Assembly: GCA_013239625.1 (NCBI GenBank)
Contig: MU053933.1
Coordinates: 622,001 to 686,000, forward strand
DNA: 64,000 nucleotides
Origin: Lama guanicoe
Taxonomy: Eukaryota
Direction of reading: 5' to 3'
Positions within the stretch are counted from its first letter, which is position 1. Each line of letters begins with the position of its first letter. Below are positions 25,731 through 39,440 of this stretch, piece by piece. The notes under the pieces are model-generated. The model searched no databases and was not told the DNA's origin. It saw nothing but the letters and a program-made list of their open reading frames with translations. A program made the position numbers and the translations under genes.

Positions 25731-28700
25731 ACAGGCGCTCCGGATTCTGTTTGTTCGGGGAGCCCCTCCCTCCAGCTCAGGCCCCCACCTGCTCTTCCCT
25801 GCACCAGATTGTGAAGCCCCGGAGGCTCGTCCATCCTAAAGGGGAGAGGGTGGTTCCTGCCCTGTCCTACCGTTTTGGTAGCAGGTGAGCCGTGATAGCA
25901 GATTCCGGATGCCGGTGAACGCCTCTCTGTCTAGGAGCCAGACTGTGTCAACGCCCATGTTAGCCTGGCCCGGAGGGAAGGGTGAGGGTCAGCGTGCAGC
26001 TGGAGGGCAGGTCCACGGGCGCTGGGCATCAGCCCCTGAAACCCACCCAGCAGGAGTCCGGTGGTGTCCAGGCCTCTTGATCCCAGACCAGCCTTGGGTT
26101 CCTGAAAAGACAGGGGACAACAATGAGTCAGGCACGAGGTGCCCGCAAATTTCATTCCTCTCTCCCAACTTTAAAACGTAGAAGTTCCTTTGTGTGTTTT
26201 TTTTCTTTTTTGCTTTTCTCTTGCAAAAATTATTTTTATCATCAACTACATTTTAACAAATGTATACAATAAACTTTCTCAATACATTTTAATAAAAATA
26301 TAATACATGCAGCTGATTTTTTAAATCAGGCAAGACAGAAGACCCCTCCCTTGTATCTGGAGATGTTCACTTTTGACACGCTCTTGGGTATTTTTCCAGA
26401 GTGTTCTCTGTAGATTTAAGCATATTTTTATGAGAACTTACTACAAACCTTTGCCCGGCTTGCTCTTCTTTTTTTAAATGAAGGCTACATCTCGGAAATT
26501 GTTTTATAACAGCATGTCTAACCGAGATGGGAATAATTATACCCATTTTCCAGAGGAACAAGCCAAGGCTCAAAATGTTAAGATTGTAGCTGAGTTTACA
26601 CTCAAACTACTTGCTGCCTGACAGTCCGACCCAGTGTTGGGGCAGGAAATAGCGACTGCATTCGGAAAGCCAGCAGACCAAGCCGCTGGTAGACTAACCA
26701 AAAGTACTTCAGACTCAGTTCCCGGCACCCAGCCGGCCCCGGAGCTGGCCGCCTGGGGAGAGCGGGAGGGCGTGAGGTCCAGTTATCATGCGTCCTCCAG
26801 GATTCTCCCCTGGCGGCACATTTTTATCTCTGTTCAGCTCTGACCCAGGGGCTGTAGAGGGGGTTTTGTGCACCTGCTGGCCACACTCAGCCCCCACTTG
26901 GGGATGCAGTCTTAGAGGGGGACCCCAACCTCCCAAAGATTCATCCTCAGACCTGTTCTTCACCGAGCGCCTGATGGGGCCAGACCATGTGTGCACTGGG
27001 GACGGGGACTGTGTCCCACCTTGAGACTCCTGGCCTCACCTTGCTACTTAGCCCTTGATGGATCCATGCGAGGCGACACCCAGACATCTGGTTTGCCGCC
27101 CGCTTTAGGGCTTGGAGACAGCAGTTTCTGCACAGTTTTCACAGCATTTGCTCTGTTTCCAGACGGTAAGTCAGAGACTCCTTGGAGATGGTGTCATGTT
27201 GTGGTTACGATTGTGAAGCCAAGGGACCTGGTCCCAAGTCCGGGGCTGTGTGCCCTGGGCAGTCACTAACCCACTGGTGCCCCAGCGTCCTCACCTGTCA
27301 CACAGTGCCTAGCCCACAGGTGTGCATAGGATGGTCACGCCGAGGCCAGCCAGGTGTCAGGGACACACCCTGATCACGTGCCAGTTGTGGTGCAGCAGCT
27401 ACAGTGGCAGAGGGTCCAGACCCACAGACCAGGGCCAGATGGAAGCCGCAGCCGTGGGGGGTGCGGCTGGACTCCTCCGGGGGGCGGGGCCCAGGCGTCC
27501 TAGAGGAAGCGGGGTGGGAATGGCCTGGGAGCCCGGAGCTCTGAGTCAGTGTGGTAGAGGGAAGCTCATGTCTTCTTTGTTCTGGGAACCCTGGGCCCCC
27601 CACCAGGGCCGAGGGTGGGGGCTGGAGAGCCCACCCTGCTTCCCAGAGCTCACAGTCCTGTGCCTTCCATGCTCCTCTGGGGGAGTTCAAGTTCCGGGAA
27701 TGAAGTAAAAGCAGGGCCAGAGCGGCAGGTCCCAGGGTCATCAGTCTTTGCCCCACCCCGACAGGTGGCTGCCCAGAGACTGAGGTGAGCAGGTGCCTGG
27801 GCTGGCCTGGGAGTCCATCCTTGCAGATCCTTCCCACCCTGGCCTTTGTGTGCAGGTACCCAGGGAAGGCGAGGGCTTCTTGGACTGGTCCAAGAAGCAG
27901 GCCGTCTGGCCTGAGTGCCGGGGCTGCAGCCTCCCACCTGTGGGATGCGTGGCCATTGGCACATATATGTAACGAGCATGAATTGAGCATGATCACGGGC
28001 CAGATGCTTGGCCTATAACACTGAGCCCTTAGGACACCAGGCAGAGCCCTGCCCTCAGATCCCACAGCCCTGTGAGAAAGAACAAGGCTTGGCACACGAA
28101 CCATGGTACAACGCAATAAGAGCAAGCAGACTGCTTCACAGCAGGCTTCTCATCGGGGGGATATCTGCACTGGGTCTTGAGGGATGAGTAGGAGTTCACA
28201 GATAGGTGAAGGTCAGAAGGGTGTTCTGTACTAACTCACCACCTCCAGAAAATATCGTCAGTGTGACCTACACAGGGTTGTAGACTCCGTGTCACCTCTC
28301 AGCTTTCTAATATTGTTTCTCATAGTTACCCCAGCCAGCAGAGAGCCAGACAGAGAAAGAAGGTACAAAGTCACATTAATTGACACCCCTGGGTTGGCCC
28401 CAGGGTCAGACACCTCCCCAGGGAGCCTCCTGCCTACCAGCTGTCGAGTCGTTCTGCAGCTGCCCCGGGTGCGGGCCTCTCCCTTTGTGTCCCCGACAGC
28501 TTCCTCCTGCTGAAATCTACCTGAACAACAGGGTCTGAGTGTAGATGTCTGGGGAAGCAAACATGGACTGATTCAGGGAGGCTCCTGTTTCATGTTGTCC
28601 ATGTTCACACGAGGGCAAAGGGGGAGGATTGGAGGCCTGCAAAGGTACCATCCACCAACTACAGAGGAGGTAGGGCACAGAGGGTCCTGAGTCAGGACGG

Positions 28701-29344
28701 AGGCCGTGGGCTCAGGACTGCACCTGTCCGACCACATTCAGGGGCATGTGACAGCCCCTGGGGGTTCAGGGGAAGGCGACGTCCAGCTCACAGTGCACTT
28801 TGGGTGGTCTCTGCCACAGTGACCTCTACACCCAGGACTCCTCTGGGACTGGAACCAACACATCAGCCCCAGATGCTGTTACAACAAAGAAAGTTTCCAG
28901 GAACAAGTTGCCTGATGATCGGGACACCCAAAGGAACAGAGATAAGTCAGAAATAAACAGAGCTGAGAGCCGGGAGCAGATGTGCTGGGGCACCAGGCCC
29001 CTCACCGACGGCCCTGCCTTTAGGACCCAGACAGCCTTTCTCAGCCCTGGACGTGCTCCAGCAGGAAGCCAGGCCGGCAGCACACCGAGGCAGCCCCTGG
29101 ATGTGCCCGGCATCTGCTCCTGACGAGTGCCAGCCCCTGGCCCTGCGCCATGTTCTAGGAGGCCGGCCAGGGATGGCAGAAGCGGGTCCCCAAAAGCCCA
29201 CGTGCAGGCAGGGAAGGAGGACAAAAGTCCGGCTGGGGCTGGAGACCCAGGGAGCCCCCTCCTCCCGCCAGCTGAGCTGGACAAGCCACCGCGTTCTTCC
29301 CTGTGAATCAAGCCCCTGTCACTGAGGGGCTGCGAGCCTGTTGG

Positions 29345-29745
29345 CTAGAGCAGTGTCCTCCCCAGATCCGTGCCCTCCCTAGAACCTCAGAGCGCAGCTT
29401 TATTTGGAACAGGGTTGTCACGGGTGTGTTTGCACGAAGATGAGGTCCGGCTGGAGTAGGGGGTGCATCTAGTCCCATCTGAGTCTGGAGGAGATGCAGA
29501 GACAGACACAGAGGGGCGACGCCCTGTGACACCGGGAGCTGAGACCTGGGGGGTGCTGCTAACAGCCAAGGGGCTCAGGCAGCCGCCGCCGGGGGCCGGG
29601 AGAGGCCGGGAGAGGCCGGGAGGATGCTCCCAGGCCCCTCAGAGGGAGCACGGCTGCAGACACTCAGCCCCGAGACCACCGGGAGAAAACAACTTCCGCC
29701 GTTAAACCTCCCAGTGTGTGGCGCTCGGTTACGGCGGCCCCGGGG
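29345..29745 (+). mobile_element. MaLR LTR (MLT1-like), approximate
   Basis: gaacctcaga...ttatttggaa...acagccaagg...ccctcagagggagcacggc. Confidence 0.65.
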
Positions 29746-30479
29746 CCACCCGGCTCTGCGGCCTGTTTTGCTGTGTACTTTCGCGGGGGAGGGGAGGGGA
29801 GGGGAGGGAGCAGGAAAGCCTCACAGCTGTCTTCCAGAAACCCGCTCCTTCCCCTCCCCGCCCCGCCCCAGATGAGCAGGTCCAGCTGGGCCCAGGGCTC
29901 CGCGATCAGCCCCAGGACCCTGGCCCTTCTGCAGAGCACAGGCTGTGGCTCCACACCCATCCCAGCCCCGGCCTTTGCCCTCGCCTCGCACGTTTGACTG
30001 TTGGCCTCTATGAATCGCTGGCTGTGATCAATCACCAAGTGTTTGCTGACTCCCTTCCCACACATCACCCCAATAATCCTCACCGGGTCCTTTACTCCAA
30101 CTCCCTTGGCCAGCAGGGAAGGTCAAGGCTGTCCCTCCCCACCAGCGCTTCAAGGGCCTGGGCAGGGAGCCGCCTCGCCAGGAGGTGACCGTGCAGTGAG
30201 TCATCCTGACTGGGACACTCTCGGAGCACAGGGGGTGCTGTTAGAGATACTCCAGGACAGCACATGTGAGCCAGGACCAGCCCCAGACGGCATCCCGCCA
30301 GCCCCTCGCTGGGCGGCAGTCACTTCCAAGTCTGATTTGACGGAGACTTTGACGGAGCCCAGGCACAGGCACTCTCGAAATCTCTGGAACAGACACAGCC
30401 AAGGCTCTGGCTCCCGTTGCCGTGCACTGGCGGGCAATGTGCACGGGGATGTGAGTGCACATCCTGCCCAGTCTCGGAG

Positions 30480-30780
30480 TTCAGGCTGCTACAGTAGAGC
30501 ATGCAGACTACAAGGGGGCTTATAAAGCACATTTATTTCTCACAGCTCTGCAGTCTGCATGTCCAGGACCCTGGGGCCGCCCCGCTCCCCTTCCACTGAG
30601 GACCGTCCCCCCGGGTCACAGACGGGGCCTCCTTGTGCGCAGACATGGGGGCAGGGCCCCAGGGTCTCTGGAGCCTCAATTATAAAAGCGTGGACCACTC
30701 ACCTCCCAAGGCGGCCGCCCCGAACGCCAGCACACTGAGTGTTCGCATTTCAGCACAGGAATTCGGGAGGGACCTCAGCG
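30480..30780 (-). mobile_element. MaLR LTR (MLT1-like) fragment, approximate
   Basis: gcagactacaagggggcttataa...catttatttctcacagctctg...cacctcccaaggc. Confidence 0.55.
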
Positions 30781-32599
30781 GTCAGGCTCTGACCAGGAGG
30801 CAGGGAGCTGAGTCGCCTCACAGGGCCCGTGGGACTTCACCATTAAGTGTCTTTGTTTTCGTTTCCTTTTGCGATGAAGATTCAGGTGATCCCATGATCC
30901 CTAAAGTCACAAAGCAGGTTGTCATTCAGGAACCAAAGCTTCCTCTCCATGTAATCATCAGAACTCTGAACTTGATTTCATGCGATGCTATGAAGGAAGC
31001 AGGGACGGTTTTACAGCGTAATCGTTGAAGACTGATGCACGTGTGTCTGTATATACATTCAGATTCACGTATGTGTGTATACATATAAATATATTCATCT
31101 CTTTGGGGTGTATGCTGAAGCATTATGTTATGATCTGCAGGATTTCTTTCAAAATAATCCAGGAAGGAGAAGCAGAAGAGGGGGGTAAAGACAAAACAAG
31201 AAGAGCTACAAGTTGATCAGTGTTGAAATTAATTGATGCCCACACAGGAGCTCGTCAAACTACCATCTCTATTTGCCATAATTAAAATGTAATCTCTCCC
31301 TATTCAATACCTGGTGGTAACCTGTAACTAAAGAGAGTATGAAAATGAAGACATGCGTGTGTAAGTGTGACGGGGACAGCATGTTGCGCACCAGGAATTG
31401 ACACATCGTAACTGACTGTATTTCAATTAAAAAGAAGTCAGTCTCTCCTCTCCTGACTTGCTCCGACAAGCGTAGGGGCCCCGGGGGGACACGGGCAGGG
31501 CAAGGCGGGGCAGGGCAAGGCGGGGCCGGGCAGGGTTCAGGCAAGTTCTTCCTGAACTGATTTTTCCCCGGCTGCCCCTACTCTCTCTGGGCCCATCAGA
31601 TGTTTAGAACAAACTCCTCATCTCAGAGGCTGCTCTGGGGGTGATCTTTAGGGCTTTCTAACCTTCAGTCCTTTTGATGGATTTCCTGAAGACACTCATC
31701 AACTACTCCTCCATCTCCCGGAAATGTCGTGGCATCTTGAGTTTCTCCAGGATGATGTCTGTCACACCTCAAGAGCTCACACGTCCTGAACAAGCCCTAG
31801 AGAGGATGCACAGAGACCCCCTGGGCCGTGCGGCCTGTCTCCAGTTCACTGGAAACCCGTCTTCATCCTTCACCCCAGCAAACTCTGGGGTGTAGGTAGG
31901 TCCTAAAGGCTTCTCTTGTTCCTTGCTAGACTAGAGTCCCCAGAGGTCAGAAACCAGCCTTCTGGAACCCCTGACTGTGGCAGGCATGGGCCAGGCTCTC
32001 CCAGTGGTCCCACAATGTGATCTCCACTAGGTGTGAGGCGAGGGGCGGGCACGCCCACCCTCCCGTTTGGGTAAAGGTGGGAGTGGGAGGGACTCACAGC
32101 CCAGGGTCAGCTCTCTCTAAGGGTTCTCACCTGTCATTTTCTCCAAAACTCCTTTCCCTCAAACCTTTTATAGCTTCAACACAGGTACAATGTTCAAGAA
32201 TCATCCAACTGTTCTTAGCCAAACTACTTCCAAAATGTCATGGTCTGCAATCTCACCTTGAGACACGATGTCTGCTGTTTCTGGGGGTCCCGGCTGGACC
32301 TCCATCCACTAGCGCCCATCACACCAGGACTAGGGAGCCACAGGGGCTGTCAGGACTGGGTTTATTCACGGCATTCTGTGTTTAATATAAAACCCAAAGA
32401 CAGAAGTTCTTAATTTGTTTTGTGAGGTTTCTAGTGGGCAGATCGCTGTGACAGACCCTAGTGACACAGAACAAAGATAAACAATGAACATTTCCTTCTT
32501 GGGAGGAACTTTACAGCACGACAGAAGGCTAGACGCACAAATTACACACTTTGCTGAGGCTCTTGGAAGAACAGCTAAATAAGTAGAGAGGAGCCTCAT

Positions 32600-35500
32600 G
32601 GATAAGAAAACCACACACTTTAAAGGTGGTAATTTCTTCAAAACTGAACTACATGTTCAACACATTTTAAATTAAAATCCCAAAGGGAGATTCTATAAGA
32701 TGCCACACATTAATCCCGGGATTTGTATGGAAAAGTAAAGGGCCAAATTGATCCAGTAAAACTTGAAGAAAAAGAAGTAGAAACAAGAGGAAGAGAAGAC
32801 TCAGAGGTACCAATTCAATCAGACACTAAGACTAATTATTAAAAAGTTGTGTTTAAAGCCAGGAAGGCCTGGTGCCGTGGACCAGTGGAATCACGGACAA
32901 TGGAACAGAACAGAGAGCCCAGGAATGGATCCGCTTCCATAAGGAACCCTGGACAATAACAGAAACACACTTGGTATCAGTGCAGGAAGAAAGGACAAGT
33001 CAGCGAATGGTGTCAGGACAGTCAGTTATGCAAATTAGATAAAGTGAATGCAGATGCCTGCATCACAACACTGAGCTGCTTTTAATTACTCATGTTGAGA
33101 AAAAGGTCAATTCAGATCCACAACTTTCAACCCATTAATAAATTTCCAGATGAATTAAAGACCCCAAAGTGAAAGCAAGTCTTAAAGTATTAAACAGAAA
33201 ATACAGAAAATATAGGGGTGGCTAAAACCCCGACAGAAAATGTGTCCTTTCCAGCCTGAATAACCAGCATACACAGAACAGGTCGAGCACAGCGGCTGGG
33301 AAGTGAAGGCGGATCCCAGAAAACAGAACCAAAAGGGGAGAACCCAGAGTCTGTGTAAAAACTCTTTCCAGATTTGGTCTGACCTCTGAACCATGTGTAT
33401 GCAGGACAGATTTCAGCTAAAAATAAAAGAACTGAGGTCTGAGCGTCACCCAAGAGACGGAGACTGAAATTTGAATCCAGCCAAGCAAATTGATTGTTCA
33501 CACAAACAAGCAAACATAACACTCTTCAAAGGAATGTAACAAAATCTAGAATCTCCACAACATCACAGTATCTCATCCTGCATGCAGACCCACACCACTG
33601 ACGGACGAAGGGACAGAAGTGCGTTTTAAGAGAAAAAACAATCAACGTGAGATGACCTAGATGTTGCAAAAATCAGATGAAGATTATAAAGCAGCCTGAG
33701 GAAGTAAAGAAAACTGTGCTTACAATATATGAAAAGATAGAAAATCCAAGAGAGAAGAAAGAAAAGAAACAGTTAAACAAACAAACAAAAAAAAAGAGGC
33801 ACATAAAAATTATCGAACTGGAAACTCCAATATGTGAAATTCAACCTTACTGGGTGGTCTTAACTGCACAATGAAGCTGACAGGGGAAAGGGTCCATTAA
33901 CTCAAAAATAGAGCGATGTAAATTATCCTATCTGAAGAACAGAGACAAAAAAATGTTAAAAAAAAAACACACACAAAGCCTCTAGTACCCGTGAGACAAA
34001 AGGTCTAACAGAAGTGAAATAGGAAAAAAATGAACAAGGTAAAAAATTAATAATGCTAGATCTTTGAAAATATAAAAGAATTTATACACCTCTAACTAGA
34101 CTGATCAAGAAAAAAATTAGAGAGAACATAAATTACCGACATTAGAAATGAAAAATGGGCTGTTAATATAGTCCTACAGGATTAAAAGGAAAAAATAGAT
34201 AATATTCAGAATAATATTAATATTAAAACCAACAGGGGGAGGGTACAGCTCAGTGGTAGAGTGCATGCATGAGGTCCTGGGTTCAATCCCCAGCGTCTCC
34301 ATTAAAAACAAACAAACAAACAGACCCCCAAACAAAACAAAAACAAATGGTAAAAGAGATATTAATACCAACAAATTTGACAACTTAGATGAAATAGACA
34401 AACTCCTAGAAAAGCACAATTTACCAAAATGAACACAAGAATAAATAGAAAATCTAAATAGTACCATTTCTATGAAACTTTTGAACTTACTATCAAAAAG
34501 CTTCCTGTGAAGGAAGCTGCAGGCTCGGCTGGGTTCTACCAAACAAAGAGCTCTTAATCTTACGCAAACTTAGGGGAAAAGATAAGGAGGGAGTACTTCC
34601 CAGCTCATTCTGTGGGGCCAGCATAAGCCTCATGCCCAAACCTGACACAGGTCTTGCGAGCTATGAAAGACCATTATGGTTACAGATTCAACACGGTTGA
34701 TCTTTTATATTGACTTTGTATCCTACAGCTTTGCCGTCGCAAAGATTGCTTAGGATTTTTCTAAAATAGCACAAATTGTGAAGGCACAGTTGAGGAATTT
34801 GACTCAATTAAAATCAAGAGTACTTATCAAGACGTGACAATGAGGAAAGAGTCAGATCATGAGCTAGGAGAAGGTATCTGAAACCCACTTGCTCGACAAA
34901 GGATTGTTTGGATGCACAAGGAACTTCTACAGACTAACGCAAAAAAGACGCACGTGGTTTTTAGGATACGCATATAGGAGATTTACGGTAAGAGAAACAA
35001 CAGCCAACAAGGATGTAGAAGGGCCTCACTCACAGTCGTGAATTACGAAACCCACTAACGTTAGCACACGACGTCACTCACATATGATGGCACCCGTGTC
35101 GCCAGATGTTGATGAGAATGTGGAGAACTAGGAACTCTTGCTCAAAGTCAGTAGACTCTTACAGGACACTCCCACCATGGCAACCTTTTGAACGATTCCT
35201 AGAAAGTAGAGCAAGTCCATGCTGTTTTCATCAGAAGAAACTGAAAACACTGCACCTGATTGCCTTTCAATAGGAGAACGGATCTGCTGACAAACTAAAT
35301 GAATCAGACCTCGTAATCAAAGGAAAGAAATGCCAAAATTAACTGTAAAATGCCAGATGAAAAGCCCACATTTTAGGATGACATTGCTGACTTTTTTAAA
35401 TAACAAAAAAATGCTACGTATTGTTTATGGACACCCATGGGAATAACACACGCTGACTTCAGAACGGTGGTTGATTCTGGCGGGGGCGGGGCAGCGAGCA

Positions 35501-35620
35501 GGAGGGGAAAAGGGGCACTTGATTGTTCTATTTCTTTTTATAGAGTGAGAGGTGTCAAGCAAACAGGACAAAAGCCATCACGTTATATACCATTTATCTA
35601 AGGAAAAGGACTTGAAATAT
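32600..35620 (+). mobile_element. Nested old L1 (LINE-1) fragments, approximate
   Basis: A-rich + strand with degenerate L1 ORF2 words (ctagactgatcaagaaaaaa, ccaacaaatttgacaacttagatgaaat, tggaacagaacagagagcccag); no intact ORF. Confidence 0.75.
34235..34358 (+). mobile_element. tRNA-derived SINE (vic-1-like) inserted into an L1 fragment
   Basis: Same head as 4045; 15-bp TSD atattaa(a/t)accaaca at 34220-34234 and 34359-34373. Confidence 0.88.
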
Positions 35621-36848
35621 GGCTGCTTAAAATTTTCATCAAAAAAACCCAAATGAAGAAGGTGGTCCAGGAAGCAGGGAGAGAAGGGGTAGGGGTGAGC
35701 GTGAGCCGGCCTGGGAGAAGCCGGCCCTGCGGCCTGGGGTCAGAACCTGGGGTCTTGGCCTAGAGGAGCCATTGGAACGCCCTATCCTGGATGCTCGGTC
35801 AACATCAAAGAGGTCTGGCTGGTCAGGGTGAGGGAGGGAGGGCACCGCGCTGCAGTTCCGTCCAGCATCCAGCTTAGAAGTCTCCTGTCGTTTCAAGCTT
35901 CCTTATTTTCACTCCTAAGCCGCTGGCCCTCTGCGGTGCAATCCAGCTCTCTCTAGGAATAGATCTGTCAAGTCCACCAGGCAGGAAGGCCTGGCGGCCA
36001 CATCCCCAGGTGAGGAAGGACAGCATAGATCGGAGCAACCTGGCACCCCAGCAAGGAGGGCCGAGTAAGTGACCACATTCACCGATTAACCCCTGTGCTC
36101 TCGGTGGGGCCCCCATGCCAGGTACCGCCTCGCCCTTCACCTCAAAGCACATCAGAGAAAATAAACTGGAGATTATGAATCTGACCTCTCAGAAATGACC
36201 ACTAACTTGTTCAGAGAGCAAGTGGGAGCAGCAGAGGGGAAGAAATGGCCTGTTAGAGTCTTCACCAAAAGGCAGGGCGGAATGATCAGAATCAAAAGTA
36301 CCTTACGTCACATAAGATGCAGCCACAGTTCATGCCTGGTTCTTTCCCCACGTCCCCAGCAACCGTTAGCTCAGCTGCGTAGACAATTTTCAGGGAATTT
36401 TAAAGACATGGAAAGCAGGTCCCTCCCGTAAGAAACATGTTGCCAAAAGCAAAACATACGGGACCATCAGAGCTACAAAGAGAATGTGTCAGACACACAG
36501 ACTGGCATCGCCAGGGGACCCCGTGAACCTGTCTACACAGGGGAAAAGGAGATTTCTCTGCAGGGAGGGGATCCCTCAGAGTTGCACTTCTCCAGGGCTG
36601 CTGCTTGCAGGGGTTCTGGCTGGTTGGTGCTCAGGTGACACGTGGGCACTTGCCAGGCTTGACGCAAGCACGTCTCTCCTAGTGACCCTTTGTGCTCACC
36701 ATCATTTCAATATTTCAAAGATGGCTTTTCCCTCGCTGTAATGTAGTCACTTCACTAAGTATTCAGTCCACCAGGGAACTGAAAGCAAAGTGTGAGGTCA
36801 CCAGAAATATGACGTCCAGAGGCGAGAGCCTCTCTCAGTGGCCAGTGC

Positions 36849-37095
36849 CTTTCTTTCTTTCTTCCTTTCTTTCTTCCTTCCTTTCTTTCTTTCTTTTCTT
36901 TCTTTCTTTCTTTCTTTCTTTCTCATTGAAATATAGTCAGTTTACAATGTTGTGTCAGTTTCTGGTCTATAGCATCATGTTTCAGTCATCCATATACATA
37001 AATATATTCCATTCTTTCATATTCTTTTCCATTACACATCACTATAAGATATTGAATATAGCTCCCTGTGCTGTACAGTGGAAACCTGTTTATTA
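36849..37095 (-). mobile_element. L1 3' end with tail-derived (TTTC)n microsatellite
   Basis: ttgaaatatagtcagtttacaatgttgtg...atattgaatatagctccctgtgctgtacag, antisense of an artiodactyl-type L1 3' UTR. Confidence 0.75.
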
Positions 37096-37497
37096 ATGCC
37101 TTCTGTGCCTCCTAGTTTTACAGGGGCTCATGTTCCCAAGACTCAAAATAGCCCTGTTTTGCATATTAAATGGAAAGAAGCTAAAGCCAAAGTTCATTAA
37201 TAGGTGATTCATAATACATATCACTCATATGCTCTCTCGTGTTTGAATGTCTTAAGGGATTTTACCAAAGCATTAATATTTGTTGAAATCCTACAGGCTG
37301 ATAAGTTTATTAAATAAACACCAATCAGTCAATATTTACTAAACAACCATCATGTGCACAGCCTTTAGCCCAGGTGTCGTGGGAAGTTCCAAAGGGAGGA
37401 GATGATGTGGTCACATTGATAAGAAAGCTGTGGTCACAAAGCGAGCACCATAAACGCAGACCCACAGGCCCTGGTGACGGCATCCATGCCGCACTCC

Positions 37498-37516
37498 TAC
37501 TGCCCTCTAGTGGCCG
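37498..37516 (-). promoter_or_regulatory. CTCF-binding motif (reverse orientation)
   Basis: Reverse complement CGGCCACTAGAGGGCAGTA closely fits the CTCF core CCASYAGRKGGCRS. Confidence 0.7.
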
Positions 37517-38399
37517 GACGCGTTAGGAAGGATTGAGTGGGTGAATTCGCTAATTTCAAAAAAAAAAAATTAATTCACAGGCAGTTGTGTCAGAGGAAAA
37601 GGTGTATGTGTTGGGGCACTGATGTCAGCACATCACGCCTCCTAGCAGCGGAAGCACAGAAGGCCCAGGAGAGTCTGAATCGGGCTCTGCCAGGCGGGAG
37701 GCAGTGGGGATGAGCTGTCTGAGTCGGGAGGCCCTGACCCTAACCATAGCCCGAGTATTGAGTGGCTGGAAAACCGTCCGCTGGGTCTGGCTTATCATCA
37801 CAGTTTTATAGACTCTGGTGAAGCAAACTGGGAACAGGCAGCAAGGAACCCTGAGCCGGTTTTATTTGCGATAATTCAGTCCACTCAGTGTGCCAAGGTG
37901 CGTTTTGCAGAACAACGTAGCCATAAAGCAGATTCTGGAGCTGATAAACAACGCATGGGGTGATTCTGAGGTTCCAGAGTGACAAGGAATGTGAAAGCAG
38001 ACTGGGGAGCCGTCCGCAGCTCTCTCCACTGTGCCTGCTGCACAGAAAAAATAAAGACCCTCCACCTGTCTCTTAGGAAATACAAAAAATAAGTTGTAGT
38101 GCCGTTGCACAGTACAGGGTAGTGTGAACTGATACAAAAAATTTTATTTGAGGTGTTTCCTTACAAATGCAATCCTTTGTATTATGTCATGTGAATTTCT
38201 TCTTTAACATTGTTTTTCCTTTCTGGAGAAGCCTTAATGTTCTCTCTCAGATTTTTAAATCCATTCATCAGGTAACTCCTCTGTTGAAGACTTGAAGATG
38301 AATTTTCTGTATTATTTTTATTTCTCTTCTCCCCATTAGCTTCCTGTATTTCTTGACCAGTATTCCTTTTGCTTTGCTCTTTTAATCAGTAGTCATTGT

Positions 38400-39380
38400 G
38401 ATTAAAAATTAGTTGACATGTTGCTAAAAATACAGAACTTTAAACTGCTCATGATCAAAAGTGATTTAAGCACAGGGATGCTGGGCCAGGAGCAGAGGAT
38501 ATGATTGTGACATCAGACAAAAGGGAATTTAAGCCAAAGCCCTTACACAGGGTGGAGAAGGACACTTCACAAGCCACAATTACAACACAACGAAGAAACG
38601 GCCGTTCTGTTCCGATCCTTAAAGGGCTAGGCCAAGACAGTCCACTTCACTAGCCAGAAAGGGTAGGCGATGCAGGCAGAAAGACAGAAAAGCACAGCTG
38701 GTGTGTTGGAAACACCAGGCTGTGTCGATGCGCACGCCATTCTAGGTATGTCATGTGGACAAAAAAGTAAGAAAACAGAGACAAACAATATAATCAATAA
38801 GGTGGATCTTATGGACATAGACATGTAGCTATGTATAAAACTTTAAGCCCTGACAATCTAGCTTCTGTTTAAGTGCACATGAAATAGTCACAACATTGAA
38901 TCATACGTTTGTTCACAAAGGAAGCATAACACTCCATAAAGCAGAACCACTACCATCAGCCTGATCACATGCAGCGAAACTGGGCTATAATGACAACACT
39001 TTCAAAAGAGTCCTGCATCTGGAAATTTACTTTTAACTGAAGTACAGTCAGTTACAGTGTGTCAGCCTCTGGGGTGCAGCACAGTGTCCCAGTCGTGCAT
39101 AAACATACATGTGTTCATTTTCATATTTTTTTCATTAAAGGTTATTACAAGAGGCATGGAAATTTAAATAATTTCTACTGTACACTTATGGCTAAAAGAT
39201 AAACTACAAACCAAAATTATAGACTTTCTTAAAAACCATGATAATAGAAACACCACATTTCTGAATCTTTAAAGAAACTTTAAAATAGTGATCAGGGGAA
39301 GGAAAATGGAGTAGCTTTAAACACGTTATCAATAGTAAGTGAATTAAATTCCAAACTCAGAAAGCTAGGGAAACATAATC

Positions 39381-39440
<60 letters not shown>
